51,688 bases of DNA from an uncultured Rhodothermales bacterium (GTDB lineage Bacteria; Bacteroidota; Rhodothermia; Rhodothermales; Rubricoccaceae). The stretch is taken from assembly GCA_964504495.1 (NCBI GenBank), contig CAZDFV010000001.1:1-51688 (forward strand), read 5' to 3'. Under the pieces are notes generated by a model. That model saw only the letters and a list, made by a program, of their open reading frames with translations, had not been told where the DNA came from and did no database searches. A program made the position numbers and the translations under genes. Of the stretch, positions 35,854 through 47,728 are shown in pieces. Position 1 is the first letter of the stretch. Each line of letters opens with the position of its first letter.

Positions 35854-36774
35854 ATGGACGACGCCCCCCGCCGCTGGATCACCCTCGCCTCCCGCCGCCT
35901 CCTCGAGCGGTGGTGGATGACGCTCCGCGTCGACCGCGTGCAGATCCCGGGCGGCCCCGTCCTCGACGAGTTCCACGTGGCCGAGTACCCCGACTGGGCG
36001 TGCACGCTCGCCCTCACCGACGACGGCGCGGCCGTCCTCGTGGAGCAGTACCGGTACGCCATCGACCGGGTCGCGTACGAGCTGCCGGCCGGCGTCGTCG
36101 ACCCGGGCGAGGACCCGGCGGCGACGGCGCGGCGGGAGCTCCTCGAGGAGACCGGCTACGAGGCGCAAGGGTGGGAGCCGCTCGGCCGGCTAGCGGTCGA
36201 GCCCGGGCGGCACACGAACTGGGGGCACCTGTTCCTCGCGCGCGGCGCGCGGCGCGTCCGTCCGACCCAGCACGACGCGACGGAGGACATCCGGGTCCGG
36301 CTCGTCCCGGCCGCGACGCTCCCGGCGCTCATCGAGGCGGGGGGGGTGGTCCACGGTGTCCACGCGGCGGCCGTGTTCTGGGCGGCGGCCCGGGGGGCGC
36401 TCCCGAACCCCGGCACGGGCCCCGCGTTCACGGGCGCCCACGACCCCCCGCCCCCCATGCAGAAAGAGCAGAAGACGATCCTCGTCAGCGTCAACGTCGA
36501 GGACCACGACGACCAGGACGCCCGGATGAACGAGATCGGCCAGCGGGTCGGGCAGGGCTGGCGGGTGATCCAGGCGATCCCCGTCTCGGGCGACGAGGCC
36601 GGCCCGGGCGGGGCCTCCGAGGACTTCATGCGCTACCAGGTGACCGTCGAGCGCGAGGTCGACTCGGACAACGTCATCGTCGACGCCGACCGCGGCGGGG
36701 CGGCCGACCTCAAGGACGCTGGCCAAGTCTCGGCCGCCTTCGACGGCCCGATCAACGACGACGAGGAGGAGTAG
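35854..36774 (+). CDS. NUDIX hydrolase (ADP-ribose pyrophosphatase-like) in frame with an acidic ~105-aa C-terminal module
   Basis: VEQYRY, ELPAGVVDPGEDPAATARRELLEETGY Nudix box; second module starts at in-frame ATG 36457. Confidence 0.85.
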   Translation: MDDAPRRWITLASRRLLERWWMTLRVDRVQIPGGPVLDEFHVAEYPDWACTLALTDDGAAVLVEQYRYAIDRVAYELPAGVVDPGEDPAATARRELLEETGYEAQGWEPLGRLAVEPGRHTNWGHLFLARGARRVRPTQHDATEDIRVRLVPAATLPALIEAGGVVHGVHAAAVFWAAARGALPNPGTGPAFTGAHDPPPPMQKEQKTILVSVNVEDHDDQDARMNEIGQRVGQGWRVIQAIPVSGDEAGPGGASEDFMRYQVTVEREVDSDNVIVDADRGGAADLKDAGQVSAAFDGPINDDEEE

Positions 36775-36775
36775 T

Positions 36776-37873
36776 TCAGCGCCGCTCGGCCCGGTGGCCC
36801 GCCTCCGCCAGCGCGGCGACGGCCCGGTCGGCGTCGGCCGCGCTCGCGAACCCGAACCGGAACGTCCCGGCCACGCCGTCGCGGAGGCGGAGGAGCTCGG
36901 CGTCCTTCACGTTCAGGCCGGCCGCGGCGAGCACGCCCGTGAGCGCGTGGAGGACGCCCGGCCGGTCGTCGGCCCAGACGACGACGTCGGCGAGCGGGGC
37001 CAGGAACCCCTTCGACGAGGACGGAAGCGCGGCCCGGGTGTGGCCGGCCCGTTCGAACCGGGACCCGAGGGCGGCCGGGTCGCGCTCGACCGACCGGCGG
37101 ATCGCGGCGAGCCGGGCCTCGAACGCGGCGAGGGCGTCGGCCACGGCCGCGCGGTTGTCGCGGAGGATGGGCTCCCACATGGCGAACGGGGAGCCGGCGA
37201 TCCGGGTCATGTCGCGGAACCCGCCGGCGGCCAGCCCGAGCGCGTCGTCGCCGGTGTCGGCCGCGGCCTCGACGAGCGCGACGGCCAGGAGCTGGGGGAG
37301 GTGGCTGACCGCGGCGGCCACCCGGTCGTGCCGTTCCGCGTCGAGTACGACGGGCCGGGCGCCGGCGGCCTCGACGAGCCAGAGGGCCTCGGGTGCGTAG
37401 GCGCGGACGTCGCCCACGTCGGCGGGCGGGGTGAGGGCCCAGACCGCGTTCTCGAACAGGAGGGCGTCCGCGTGTTCCGGCCCGCTCACGGCCGCCCCCG
37501 CCATCGGGTGCCCCCCGACAAAGCGGACGCCGGCGGGGAGCGACCGGGCCGCCCGCATCACCGTTCCCTTGACCGACCCCACGTCGGTCACGAGCGTGCC
37601 CGGCCGGACGGCCGCGGCGACGTCAGTCAGGAGCGGCGGGACGGCGTCGAGCGGGACCGCCAGCACGGCGACGGCCGCCTCGCGGACGGCCTCGGCGGCG
37701 CTCGCCGCGACGGACGTGAGCGCGCCGCGCGCCCGGGCCACGGCCGCCCGCTCGGCGTCCCGGTCGTACCCGACGACGGACACGCCGGCCGTCCGCCGGA
37801 GCGCGAGGCCGAGCGAGGCGCCGATCAGGCCCGTCCCGAGGACGGCGACGCTCTGGGGAGGACCCAGGGGCAC
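36776..37873 (-). CDS. tyrA: prephenate/arogenate dehydrogenase with C-terminal ACT domain
   Basis: GTGLIGAS, TDVGSVK, GGHPMAG, HD...SHLPQ, GFRDMTRIA, DRPGVL; start approximate. Confidence 0.92.
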   Translation of the reverse strand: MPLGPPQSVAVLGTGLIGASLGLALRRTAGVSVVGYDRDAERAAVARARGALTSVAASAAEAVREAAVAVLAVPLDAVPPLLTDVAAAVRPGTLVTDVGSVKGTVMRAARSLPAGVRFVGGHPMAGAAVSGPEHADALLFENAVWALTPPADVGDVRAYAPEALWLVEAAGARPVVLDAERHDRVAAAVSHLPQLLAVALVEAAADTGDDALGLAAGGFRDMTRIAGSPFAMWEPILRDNRAAVADALAAFEARLAAIRRSVERDPAALGSRFERAGHTRAALPSSSKGFLAPLADVVVWADDRPGVLHALTGVLAAAGLNVKDAELLRLRDGVAGTFRFGFASAADADRAVAALAEAGHRAERR

Positions 37874-37944
37874 GGGGGCGCGGTTCGTGGGCGTGCCGGA
37901 GGGGGCAAGGCGCCCGCGCTCCGGGCCCGCCAACCTACCCCCCG

Positions 37945-38739
37945 ATGCTCTTCCCCATCAGCGACGACGACCGCCACCTCGACGGCCGCGCCTGGGCGAC
38001 GACGCTCCTCGTCGTCGCGAACGTGCTCGTCTACGCCTACCAGCTCGCGAACCCGGCGTTCACCTACGCCTGGAGCACGGTCCCGTACGAGGTCACGGCG
38101 GGCGTGGACGTCGTCAACGACGCCCCGATCCCGGAGGAGGACCCGACGGCCCAGATCCGCACGCCGCTCGACATCCCACAGCGGCCGGGCCCGGGGCCCG
38201 CGCCCGCGATCTACCTCACGGTCCTCTCGGCCATGTTCATGCACGGCGGGCTGGCCCACATCGGCGGCAACCTCCTCTACCTCTGGATCTTCGGGGACAA
38301 CGTGGAGCACCGGTTCGGGACCGGCCCGTTCCTCCTGTTCTACCTCGCGAGCGGCGTCGCGGCCACGCTCACCCAGATCGCCCTCGACCCGGACGGTCTC
38401 GTGCCCACGCTCGGCGCCAGCGGGGCCATCTCGGGCGTGCTCGGGGCCTACCTCGTCCTGTTCCCGCGGAACCGGGTCTACGCCGTGTTCTTCTTCCAGG
38501 TCGTGGCCGTGCCGGCGCTCGTCGTCCTCGGGCTCTGGATCGCGTTCCAGTTCGTGAGCGGGTTCGGGGCCACGGCGGCGACGGAGCAGACGGGCGGCGT
38601 CGCCTACGGGGCCCACATCGGGGGCTTCCTCGCAGGCATGGCCGTCGCGCTGGCGGCCCGCTCGATGGGGACGCGCGAGCGGCCGAGCCGGCTCTCCGGC
38701 GCCGCGCGGCAGGACCCCCGGGGGCGCCCGCTGTGGTGA
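37945..38739 (+). CDS. rhomboid family intramembrane serine protease
   Basis: MFMHGG..HIGGN..YLWIFGDNVE, GASGAISG, AHIGGF. Confidence 0.94.
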   Translation: MLFPISDDDRHLDGRAWATTLLVVANVLVYAYQLANPAFTYAWSTVPYEVTAGVDVVNDAPIPEEDPTAQIRTPLDIPQRPGPGPAPAIYLTVLSAMFMHGGLAHIGGNLLYLWIFGDNVEHRFGTGPFLLFYLASGVAATLTQIALDPDGLVPTLGASGAISGVLGAYLVLFPRNRVYAVFFFQVVAVPALVVLGLWIAFQFVSGFGATAATEQTGGVAYGAHIGGFLAGMAVALAARSMGTRERPSRLSGAARQDPRGRPLW

Positions 38740-38839
38740 GGGTGCGGGCACGGAGGTTGCTCCGAACCTCCCTTGTCTTCCGCCGTTGAACTCCCGATAT
38801 TGGAGCGTCCGGCACGTCCGCCGGCCCCTGCTCACGCCG

Positions 38840-39229
38840 ATGCGCCTTCGCCACACCCTCGCCGCCCTCGTCGCCGCTGCCCTCGTTGGGCTGGTGCCCG
38901 TGGAGGCGCCTGCGGCCGCCGTTTCCGTCCCGGACGTGCCGGCCGCCAGCGACGACCTCCCCACGCCGTTCCGGCTCTCGGCCCCCCGGCCGAACCCGTT
39001 CGCGGCCTCGACCCGCCTCGAGCTCACCGTGGACGAGCCGGTCGAGATGACGGTCGCCGTCTACGACGCGCTCGGCCGCCGCGTGGCGGTCCTCCACGAG
39101 GGGCCGCTCCGTGCGCAGACCTACACGCTCCGCGTCGACGCCGGCGACCTCCCGCCCGGGCTCTACCTCGTCCGCGCGACGGACGGGCGGGGCCACACGG
39201 CTACGCGGTCGGTCGCCCTCGTCCGCTAG
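38840..39229 (+). CDS. signal peptide plus T9SS C-terminal sorting domain only
   Basis: Hydrophobic leader, short linker, PRPNPF...YDALGRRV...GLYLVR. Confidence 0.8.
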   Translation: MRLRHTLAALVAAALVGLVPVEAPAAAVSVPDVPAASDDLPTPFRLSAPRPNPFAASTRLELTVDEPVEMTVAVYDALGRRVAVLHEGPLRAQTYTLRVDAGDLPPGLYLVRATDGRGHTATRSVALVR

Positions 39230-39322
39230 GGTCGACGCGCGCTCCGGTTTCGCGCCGGCTCCCAGACGGGGGCCGGCGCTTTCTCATTTGGCGCTAGGTT
39301 CGGACGTCCACGTCCCGCCGCC

Positions 39323-40213
39323 GTGTCCGAGCCCGCCGTCGTCCTCAGCGACTCGCCCCCCGAGGCCGCCAGCCCAGAGCGGTGCGCCGCGTGTGGGGAG
39401 CGGCTCGCCGGGCGCTTCTGCCACGCGTGCGGCGAGCGACGCCCGACGCCGGAGGACGAGCGGCTGGCGCCGTTCCTCCGCGAGCAGTTCCACGAGGCGA
39501 CGAGCGCGGACGGGAAGCTGTGGCGGTCGCTGCGGGCGTTGTTCGTCCCGGGGAAGCTGACGGAGGAGTATTTCAGCGGGCGGCGCGGGCTCTACGTCCG
39601 GCCCGTGAGGATCTTTTTGGTGGTCAACATCCTGTTCTTCCTCCTGCTCGGTGTGACGGGCGGGCAAGCGTTCCGTGGTGATGCCGAGCTCTATCGGGAC
39701 AACGCCGCTCTCTCCGAGCGGCTGGACCGGGCGGCAGCAGCTCAGGGCGTCGACCCCGAGGTGTACGATGCGGCGTTCGGCCAGCAAACCGGGACCCTCG
39801 CGACCACCTTGTTCGCGGTTTTTGTCCCTCTGTTCGCGGTCCTGTTCGCCGTTGTGCTGTCTCCGCTCCGCGTACCGCTCCTCCGGCATGTCGTGTTTGC
39901 CACGCACGCTGTAACCGTGTTGATGGGTCTGATGGTGGTCATCGGTGGGGTCCTCCTAGCGGGATCTCGCGTGGCTCGCACCCTCTGGGGGTTCACGGCT
40001 CTGGACAACTTCGACCTCATCCTCGTACCCATCCTTCTCGTCGCTTGGATTGGATATCTCGTAGTCGGGATCCAGCGTGTGCACCGGGCTCCGTGGTGGG
40101 GGGCTGGTGCGGCGGGCCTAGTCCTCGGGACCGTCGGGACGGTCCTGCTGCTCGAGGTGTATCAGTTCGTCCTGTTCTTCGCCGCGCTCTGGACGGTCGA
40201 CGTACCGGCCTGA
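39323..40213 (+). CDS. DUF3667-like membrane protein with N-terminal zinc ribbon
   Basis: CAACG...FCHACGE, DGKLWRSL..L..PGKLT.EY..GRR..YVRP; several TM helices. Confidence 0.85.
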   Translation: MSEPAVVLSDSPPEAASPERCAACGERLAGRFCHACGERRPTPEDERLAPFLREQFHEATSADGKLWRSLRALFVPGKLTEEYFSGRRGLYVRPVRIFLVVNILFFLLLGVTGGQAFRGDAELYRDNAALSERLDRAAAAQGVDPEVYDAAFGQQTGTLATTLFAVFVPLFAVLFAVVLSPLRVPLLRHVVFATHAVTVLMGLMVVIGGVLLAGSRVARTLWGFTALDNFDLILVPILLVAWIGYLVVGIQRVHRAPWWGAGAAGLVLGTVGTVLLLEVYQFVLFFAALWTVDVPA

Positions 40214-40220
40214 ACACAAA

Positions 40221-40253
40221 CCGCCCCGCTGGCGGCGGGCACCAGCGGGGCGG
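40221..40253 (-). terminator. palindromic repeat acting as probable terminator
   Basis: CCGCCCCGCTGG...CCAGCGGGGCGG, 12-bp stem followed by TTTGTGTT on minus strand. Confidence 0.7.
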
Positions 40254-40261
40254 GGGAGAGG

Positions 40262-41266
40262 CTACGGGACCGGCCCGAGCAGGAGCCGCTCGCGGACCGA
40301 CGGCGGCACCGGGCGGAGCGCGGCCGCCGCTGCCGTCTTCGTCCCGGGCGCCTCGCCGGACCGGAACTGGAGGGCCACCTCGTTCACGAACCGCCGGACG
40401 GTGCCGGGCTCGAGGCCGTAGCTGTACGCGACCCCCTCGCGGCACGAGGCGTCGCACGGGTACGGCGAGACGTCGTTGACGAAGACCAGGGCCGGACCCT
40501 CCCGGCGCACCCGGTAGGTCAGCGTCTCCGTCGACCCCTCGACGTCGAGCGGGCGCGAGAGCCGCACGACGTCGCCGTCGCGCTCCCACCGGCCCTCCTG
40601 CTCGACCGTCCGGTTCCCGTACGTCTCTCGGACGAGGAGGTCGCCGCCGCTGCGGAAGACGTACGTCAGCCGGAACGAGGCGTCGGCGGGGTAGACGTAC
40701 TCGTTGAACGGGGTCGGCGTGTCGGCCGTGAGCGTCCGGTGTCCGAACGTGAGCGCGCCCGAGACCCGGGCCGTCCGCGACGGCTCCCCGTAGGGGTCGG
40801 TCTGGAGCGGGACGTCGTCGAACCGGTACGTCCACCCCTCGCGCGCGATCGGGGCCCGTCCCTCCCCGCGGTAGGTGTAGAACGTGGCTGGGATCGTGTC
40901 GCCCTCGACGTAGAGCTGGGTGTACTGGGCCTCTGGCGAGTCCGAGACGTTGAGGTGGCGGCGGACCGGCGGGTACGGCGACCCGTTCGGGTCGAACGAC
41001 AGGACGTTGAAGGAGACGCCGGCCCCGTAGCGGCTGACGTAGCTGACGTACTCCAGCCGGCCGCTCTCGCTCCCGTCCAGGGTGAGCGCGCCCTCCGTCG
41101 GCTGCGACGCGTCGAGGATGTCCTGGGTGCGCGAGACCGTGACGAGGTCGCGGCTGGTGACGGACACGAGCGACCACGTGCCGACGAGGTCGTCCTCCGT
41201 GGGATCGCCCGAGTCGCACGCGGCGAGGGCGAAGGCGAGCGCGACGAGCGCTGCGGGTCGGGGCAT
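40262..41266 (-). CDS. hypothetical lipoprotein (lipocalin-like GxW strand)
   Basis: ATG 41266, lipobox LAAC, LVGTWSLVS, later EGRWERDGD. Confidence 0.75.
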   Translation of the reverse strand: MPRPAALVALAFALAACDSGDPTEDDLVGTWSLVSVTSRDLVTVSRTQDILDASQPTEGALTLDGSESGRLEYVSYVSRYGAGVSFNVLSFDPNGSPYPPVRRHLNVSDSPEAQYTQLYVEGDTIPATFYTYRGEGRAPIAREGWTYRFDDVPLQTDPYGEPSRTARVSGALTFGHRTLTADTPTPFNEYVYPADASFRLTYVFRSGGDLLVRETYGNRTVEQEGRWERDGDVVRLSRPLDVEGSTETLTYRVRREGPALVFVNDVSPYPCDASCREGVAYSYGLEPGTVRRFVNEVALQFRSGEAPGTKTAAAAALRPVPPSVRERLLLGPVP

Positions 41267-41346
41267 GGGGTGGGGCGGAGCCCGGTGTGATCGGCGCCGA
41301 CGATACCCCACGCCGCGGCGGCGTCAAGCCCCCGCCCGAAATAAAT

Positions 41347-41379
41347 CCGCCCCGCTGGCGGCGAGCGCCAGCGGGGCGG
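41347..41379 (-). terminator. palindromic repeat acting as probable clpC terminator
   Basis: CCGCCCCGCTGGCG-GCGAG-CGCCAGCGGGGCGG followed by ATTTATTT on minus strand. Confidence 0.7.
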
Positions 41380-41400
41380 GGGGGACGAGCGGGACGGCCT

Positions 41401-43965
<2,565 letters not shown>

Positions 43966-43974
43966 AAAAGAGGA

Positions 43975-44050
43975 GGGTACGGGGTGCAGGGTACGGGGTA
44001 CGATGAGGGGCACCGGCCGGGGCCGTACCCTGTACCGTGTACCCGGTACC
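43975..44050. repeat. inverted heptamer-repeat element (GGGTACG-type)
   Basis: GGGTACG/GGGTGCA units facing GTACCCT/GTACCGT units, between iscA and clpC. Confidence 0.8.
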
Positions 44051-44062
44051 GGCCCGGAGGGC

Positions 44063-44464
44063 CTACGCGGCGAACGAGGAGCCGCAGCCGCAGGTCTGGG
44101 TCGCCTGGGGGTTGTCGAACACGAACCCCCGGGCGTCCAGGCCGTCGTGGTAGTCGACCGTCGTGCCCATGAGGTAGAGCCCGTGGCGCTTGTCCATGAA
44201 CAGGGTCACGGGCCGGTCGTCGCCCCCGGCGTCGAGGCTGAACGACAGGTCGTGCTCGCGCCGCTTGTCGAACCCGAGCACGTAGCTCATCCCCGAGCAC
44301 CCCCCGCCCTTGACGCCGACGCGGAGCCCGAACTGCTCGGGGATCTGCTTGTTGGCGACGATCCGGCGGACCTCGGCGAGCGCCCGGTCCGTGAGCGAGA
44401 CCGGGGCGGGGCGGGCGGGGGCGCCCGTCTCGGGGGCGTCGGGCGGGGCGGTTGCGGTGCTCAT
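44063..44464 (-). CDS. iscA: HesB/IscA family Fe-S cluster assembly protein
   Basis: LRVGVKGGGCSGMSY, GFVFDNP...CGCGSSF; ATG 44464. Confidence 0.94.
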   Translation of the reverse strand: MSTATAPPDAPETGAPARPAPVSLTDRALAEVRRIVANKQIPEQFGLRVGVKGGGCSGMSYVLGFDKRREHDLSFSLDAGGDDRPVTLFMDKRHGLYLMGTTVDYHDGLDARGFVFDNPQATQTCGCGSSFAA

Positions 44465-44729
44465 GGCGGAACGGTCTGTCCTCGGGTCCTGGGGGACGGC
44501 GGTGTCGAATGGGGAACGGCGGGCGCTGTTCCGTCCGTGCCGGCCGGCGTGTGGATAATCCGTCTGCCACAACCGCCGGTCCACACGCCCCGCCGACCTG
44601 CGCAAAGGTACGGCCGGACCGCGCGCGCGGGCACTGGCCAAACGGCCGGGCCGCGACGGAGCGCCCGGCCACGGGGAGGGCCGCCCCGCTGGCGGACGGC
44701 CTCCGCCAGCCCGGCGCCGTCCGGTCGCC

Positions 44730-47492
44730 CTACGGTCCGTCGGGACGCGCGAGCACGACGGCCGCCTTGTGCGCCTCGGTCGTCCCGCCCTGGGCGTCGA
44801 CGGCCTCGACGAGGACGACGTAGATCCCGGCCCGGACCGCCCGGCCGTCGTCGCCGGTCCCCAGCCACTCGAGCGTGGCGGTGCTCCCCGAGAGCCGGCC
44901 GTCCTCCAGCTCGCGGACGAGCCGGCCGCCCCCGTCGTAGATCCGGGCGCGGACGAGGGCGGCCTCGGCCCGGAGCGTGTAGGTGATCCGCGCGACCTCG
45001 CCGCGCGTCGGCGCGAACGGGCTCGTCACCGTGACGCCGCCGCCGCGCTCGACCGGGGACCCAGAGATGCGGACGGTGTTTTCGGCCGAGGGCGTCCCGC
45101 CGAGCGGGTCCAGCGACGACGACCAGTTCTGCGCGCTGTTCGAGGGGCCCGCCGGGTCGGCCCGCTCGAGCGAGATCCCGGTCGCGTCGTCCAGCTCGAC
45201 GCGGTGCCAGTCGGGGTCGTAGAACACGGAGTCGAGGACGGCGCCGGCCGCGCGCAGGACGACGGCCTCGCCGCTGTTCGACAGGCCGACGACGGAGCCG
45301 CCCTCGACGAACGGGGCCTCGGGGAACGCGGCGCGGAACCCCCCGGCGTCGCGGACGACGGCCACGTACTCCCCGGGGAGGACCGGGGCCAGCTCGCCCG
45401 CGAGCGGGTCGCCGTCCCCGTCGCCGTCGTCGAGGGCGACGCGGCTGAGGTCGAAGACCCGGTCGGCCGTCGTGTTGAGGACCTCGAGGTACTCGCCGTC
45501 GCTCCCGACCGCCGGGTCGTACATGACCTCCGTGACGACGAGGTCGCCCGGGCCCGGCGTGTCGGCCGTCCCGAAAAAGACGCGGGCCGTCGTCGTCTCG
45601 GTCTGGTTGCCGGCCAGGTCCGCGACGCCGCTCGCGGTGAGGGTGTAGAGTGTCTGCTCCTGGAGCGGCTCGGGGAACGTGACGTCGGCGATGCGCACGC
45701 CGTCCGCGCCGCCCAGGTTGTCCGCGGACTCGACGACCTCGACCGAGGCGGCCGTGCCGACCCCGTTGTCGAGCGCGTACGTGGAGGCCGCCGCGCCCGT
45801 CCCGAACGTGACGCCCTCGGAGAACGTGACGCGAACGACCGTGGCCGACTGCGCCGTCGCCCGGACGATCACGGGCGGCGCGGTGTCGCCCTCGTACGCG
45901 ACGGTCGTGCTCGTCGCCGCGGTCGTGTTGCCCAGGAGGTCGGTCAGCCCGCTGGCGGCCACGGTCGCCGTGCCGACGTCGAGCGGGGAGGCCAGCGCCA
46001 GGAGCACGGCCGTCTCGCCCGGGACGTAGCCGACCGTCTCGACGGCCGCGCCCTCGACCGCGAAGGCGGCCGGCGTGACCGACGCCGGCGCGGCCGGCTC
46101 GTCGAGCGCGACCTCGACGCGGCGGCCGTCCGGCGAGACCTCCGCACCGACGAGCTGCGGCCCCGTGACGTCCGGGGCGAACTGGCTGTTGAGCGCGCCC
46201 GGCGTCCCGACGGCGGCCGTCGTCGTGGCCCAGTTCGCGGCCACGGTCGAGGGCCCGGCCGGGTCCTCCCGCTCGAGCGCGGCGTCCTGGCCGCCCCACG
46301 ACGGCTGGTAAAAGAGGGAGTCGATGACCTCGCCCCGGTACGTCAGGACGACGGCGTCGCCGCCGTTGTTGAGCGCGCTCCACGCCGGCTGCTCTACGAA
46401 CGCGACGCCGGGGAAGACGTCCGCGAAGGCGGCCGGGTCGTCCACGACGACGGCGTAGCCGCCGGGCTCGACGAAGACCGGTGCGGTCGTGACCGGCTGG
46501 TCCTCGCCGACGGCGTCGTTGAGCGTGAAGTCGCGGAGGTCGAACGTCTCGTCCGTCCGGTTGAACAGCTCGACGTACTCGCCCGCGTCCCGGGCTGAGG
46601 GCGGGTCGTACAGGATCTCGTTGATGACGAGGTCGCCGGGCTCGGGCGCGGCGCCCTCGCCGAAGAAGAACGACGCCGCGCCGCCGTCGAGGACGTTCCC
46701 GGCCCGGTCGGCCACGCCGGAGACGGTGAGCGTGTACGCCTGCGGGCCGGCGAGCGGGGCCGCCAGCCGGAGGACGACCCGGGCCGCGTCCGCGCCGTCC
46801 CGCTCCGCCGACGCCGGCGCCCCGACGCCGTCGCTGATCCGGTAGTTCGCCGCCGTCTCCGCCGTCGCCTCCGAGACGGGCTCGCTAAAGGTGACGACGA
46901 CGGTCTGCGCGTCGGTGGCCTCGGCCTCGTCGACGGCGGGCGGGGCCGTGTCCCGGGCGAAGACGGAGTTCTGCGCGCTCGGCGTGCCGCCGGCCGGGTC
47001 CGTCGTGGTGGCGAAGTTGCTCGCCTGCGCGCTCGGCCCGTCCGGGTCGATCCGCTCCAGCGAGGCGTCGGTGCCGCCCCACCCGGACTCGTAGGGGACG
47101 GCGTCGAGGGTCGCGCCGCCGAGCACGAGGGCGACCGTGTCGCCGGTGTTGTTGAGGCTGGGGAACCGGCCGAGCTCGGTGAACGGGACGCCGGGGAAGT
47201 CGGCCTCGAACGCCTCGCGACTCCGGCCGAGGACGGCGTACTCGCCGGGCGCCAGCACGAGCGGCCCCGGCACCGGATCGGACGGGCCCCGGGCGTCCTG
47301 GACGACCACGCCTGCGAGGTCGACGGTCCGGTCCGAGCGGTTGACGACCTCGACCCACTCGCCCGCCGCGCCGCCGGCCGGTGGGTCGTACAGGATCTCG
47401 TTGACGACGACGTCGCCGGGCGCGGGGGCCTGAGCGAGCGCCGGGCTGGCGGCGAGGGCGGCGAGGGCGACGAGGGCGGCGGTCCGGCGCAT
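44730..47492 (-). CDS. secreted lamin-tail-domain protein (3 LTD + 3 Ig-like repeats + C-terminal sorting-like domain)
   Basis: Signal peptide from ATG 47492; three (V/I)NEILYDP/VTEVMYDP...E(W/Y)xE...SLER...GTP repeats alternating with VTFSE Ig-like repeats. Confidence 0.88.
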   Translation of the reverse strand: MRRTAALVALAALAASPALAQAPAPGDVVVNEILYDPPAGGAAGEWVEVVNRSDRTVDLAGVVVQDARGPSDPVPGPLVLAPGEYAVLGRSREAFEADFPGVPFTELGRFPSLNNTGDTVALVLGGATLDAVPYESGWGGTDASLERIDPDGPSAQASNFATTTDPAGGTPSAQNSVFARDTAPPAVDEAEATDAQTVVVTFSEPVSEATAETAANYRISDGVGAPASAERDGADAARVVLRLAAPLAGPQAYTLTVSGVADRAGNVLDGGAASFFFGEGAAPEPGDLVINEILYDPPSARDAGEYVELFNRTDETFDLRDFTLNDAVGEDQPVTTAPVFVEPGGYAVVVDDPAAFADVFPGVAFVEQPAWSALNNGGDAVVLTYRGEVIDSLFYQPSWGGQDAALEREDPAGPSTVAANWATTTAAVGTPGALNSQFAPDVTGPQLVGAEVSPDGRRVEVALDEPAAPASVTPAAFAVEGAAVETVGYVPGETAVLLALASPLDVGTATVAASGLTDLLGNTTAATSTTVAYEGDTAPPVIVRATAQSATVVRVTFSEGVTFGTGAAASTYALDNGVGTAASVEVVESADNLGGADGVRIADVTFPEPLQEQTLYTLTASGVADLAGNQTETTTARVFFGTADTPGPGDLVVTEVMYDPAVGSDGEYLEVLNTTADRVFDLSRVALDDGDGDGDPLAGELAPVLPGEYVAVVRDAGGFRAAFPEAPFVEGGSVVGLSNSGEAVVLRAAGAVLDSVFYDPDWHRVELDDATGISLERADPAGPSNSAQNWSSSLDPLGGTPSAENTVRISGSPVERGGGVTVTSPFAPTRGEVARITYTLRAEAALVRARIYDGGGRLVRELEDGRLSGSTATLEWLGTGDDGRAVRAGIYVVLVEAVDAQGGTTEAHKAAVVLARPDGP

Positions 47493-47728
47493 CGGGGGGC
47501 GGAGAGACGCCCGAAGGTAGAGCCGCACGCCCAACCCCGACCGACCGGCGCCGCCCACCGCCAGCGGGGCGCCCCGCCCTCGGCCGGCCGTGGGGGACGG
47601 GCAGGACCGCTGTTCTCGGCGCTCTGCACCGATCGACGGACGGACGAACCGAGTCGCTCCCGCGCAGGCGGGACTGCAGAAGCGTCGGCGCACCCACCCG
47701 GACCGCGAGCCCTCCGACCGCGAACCGC

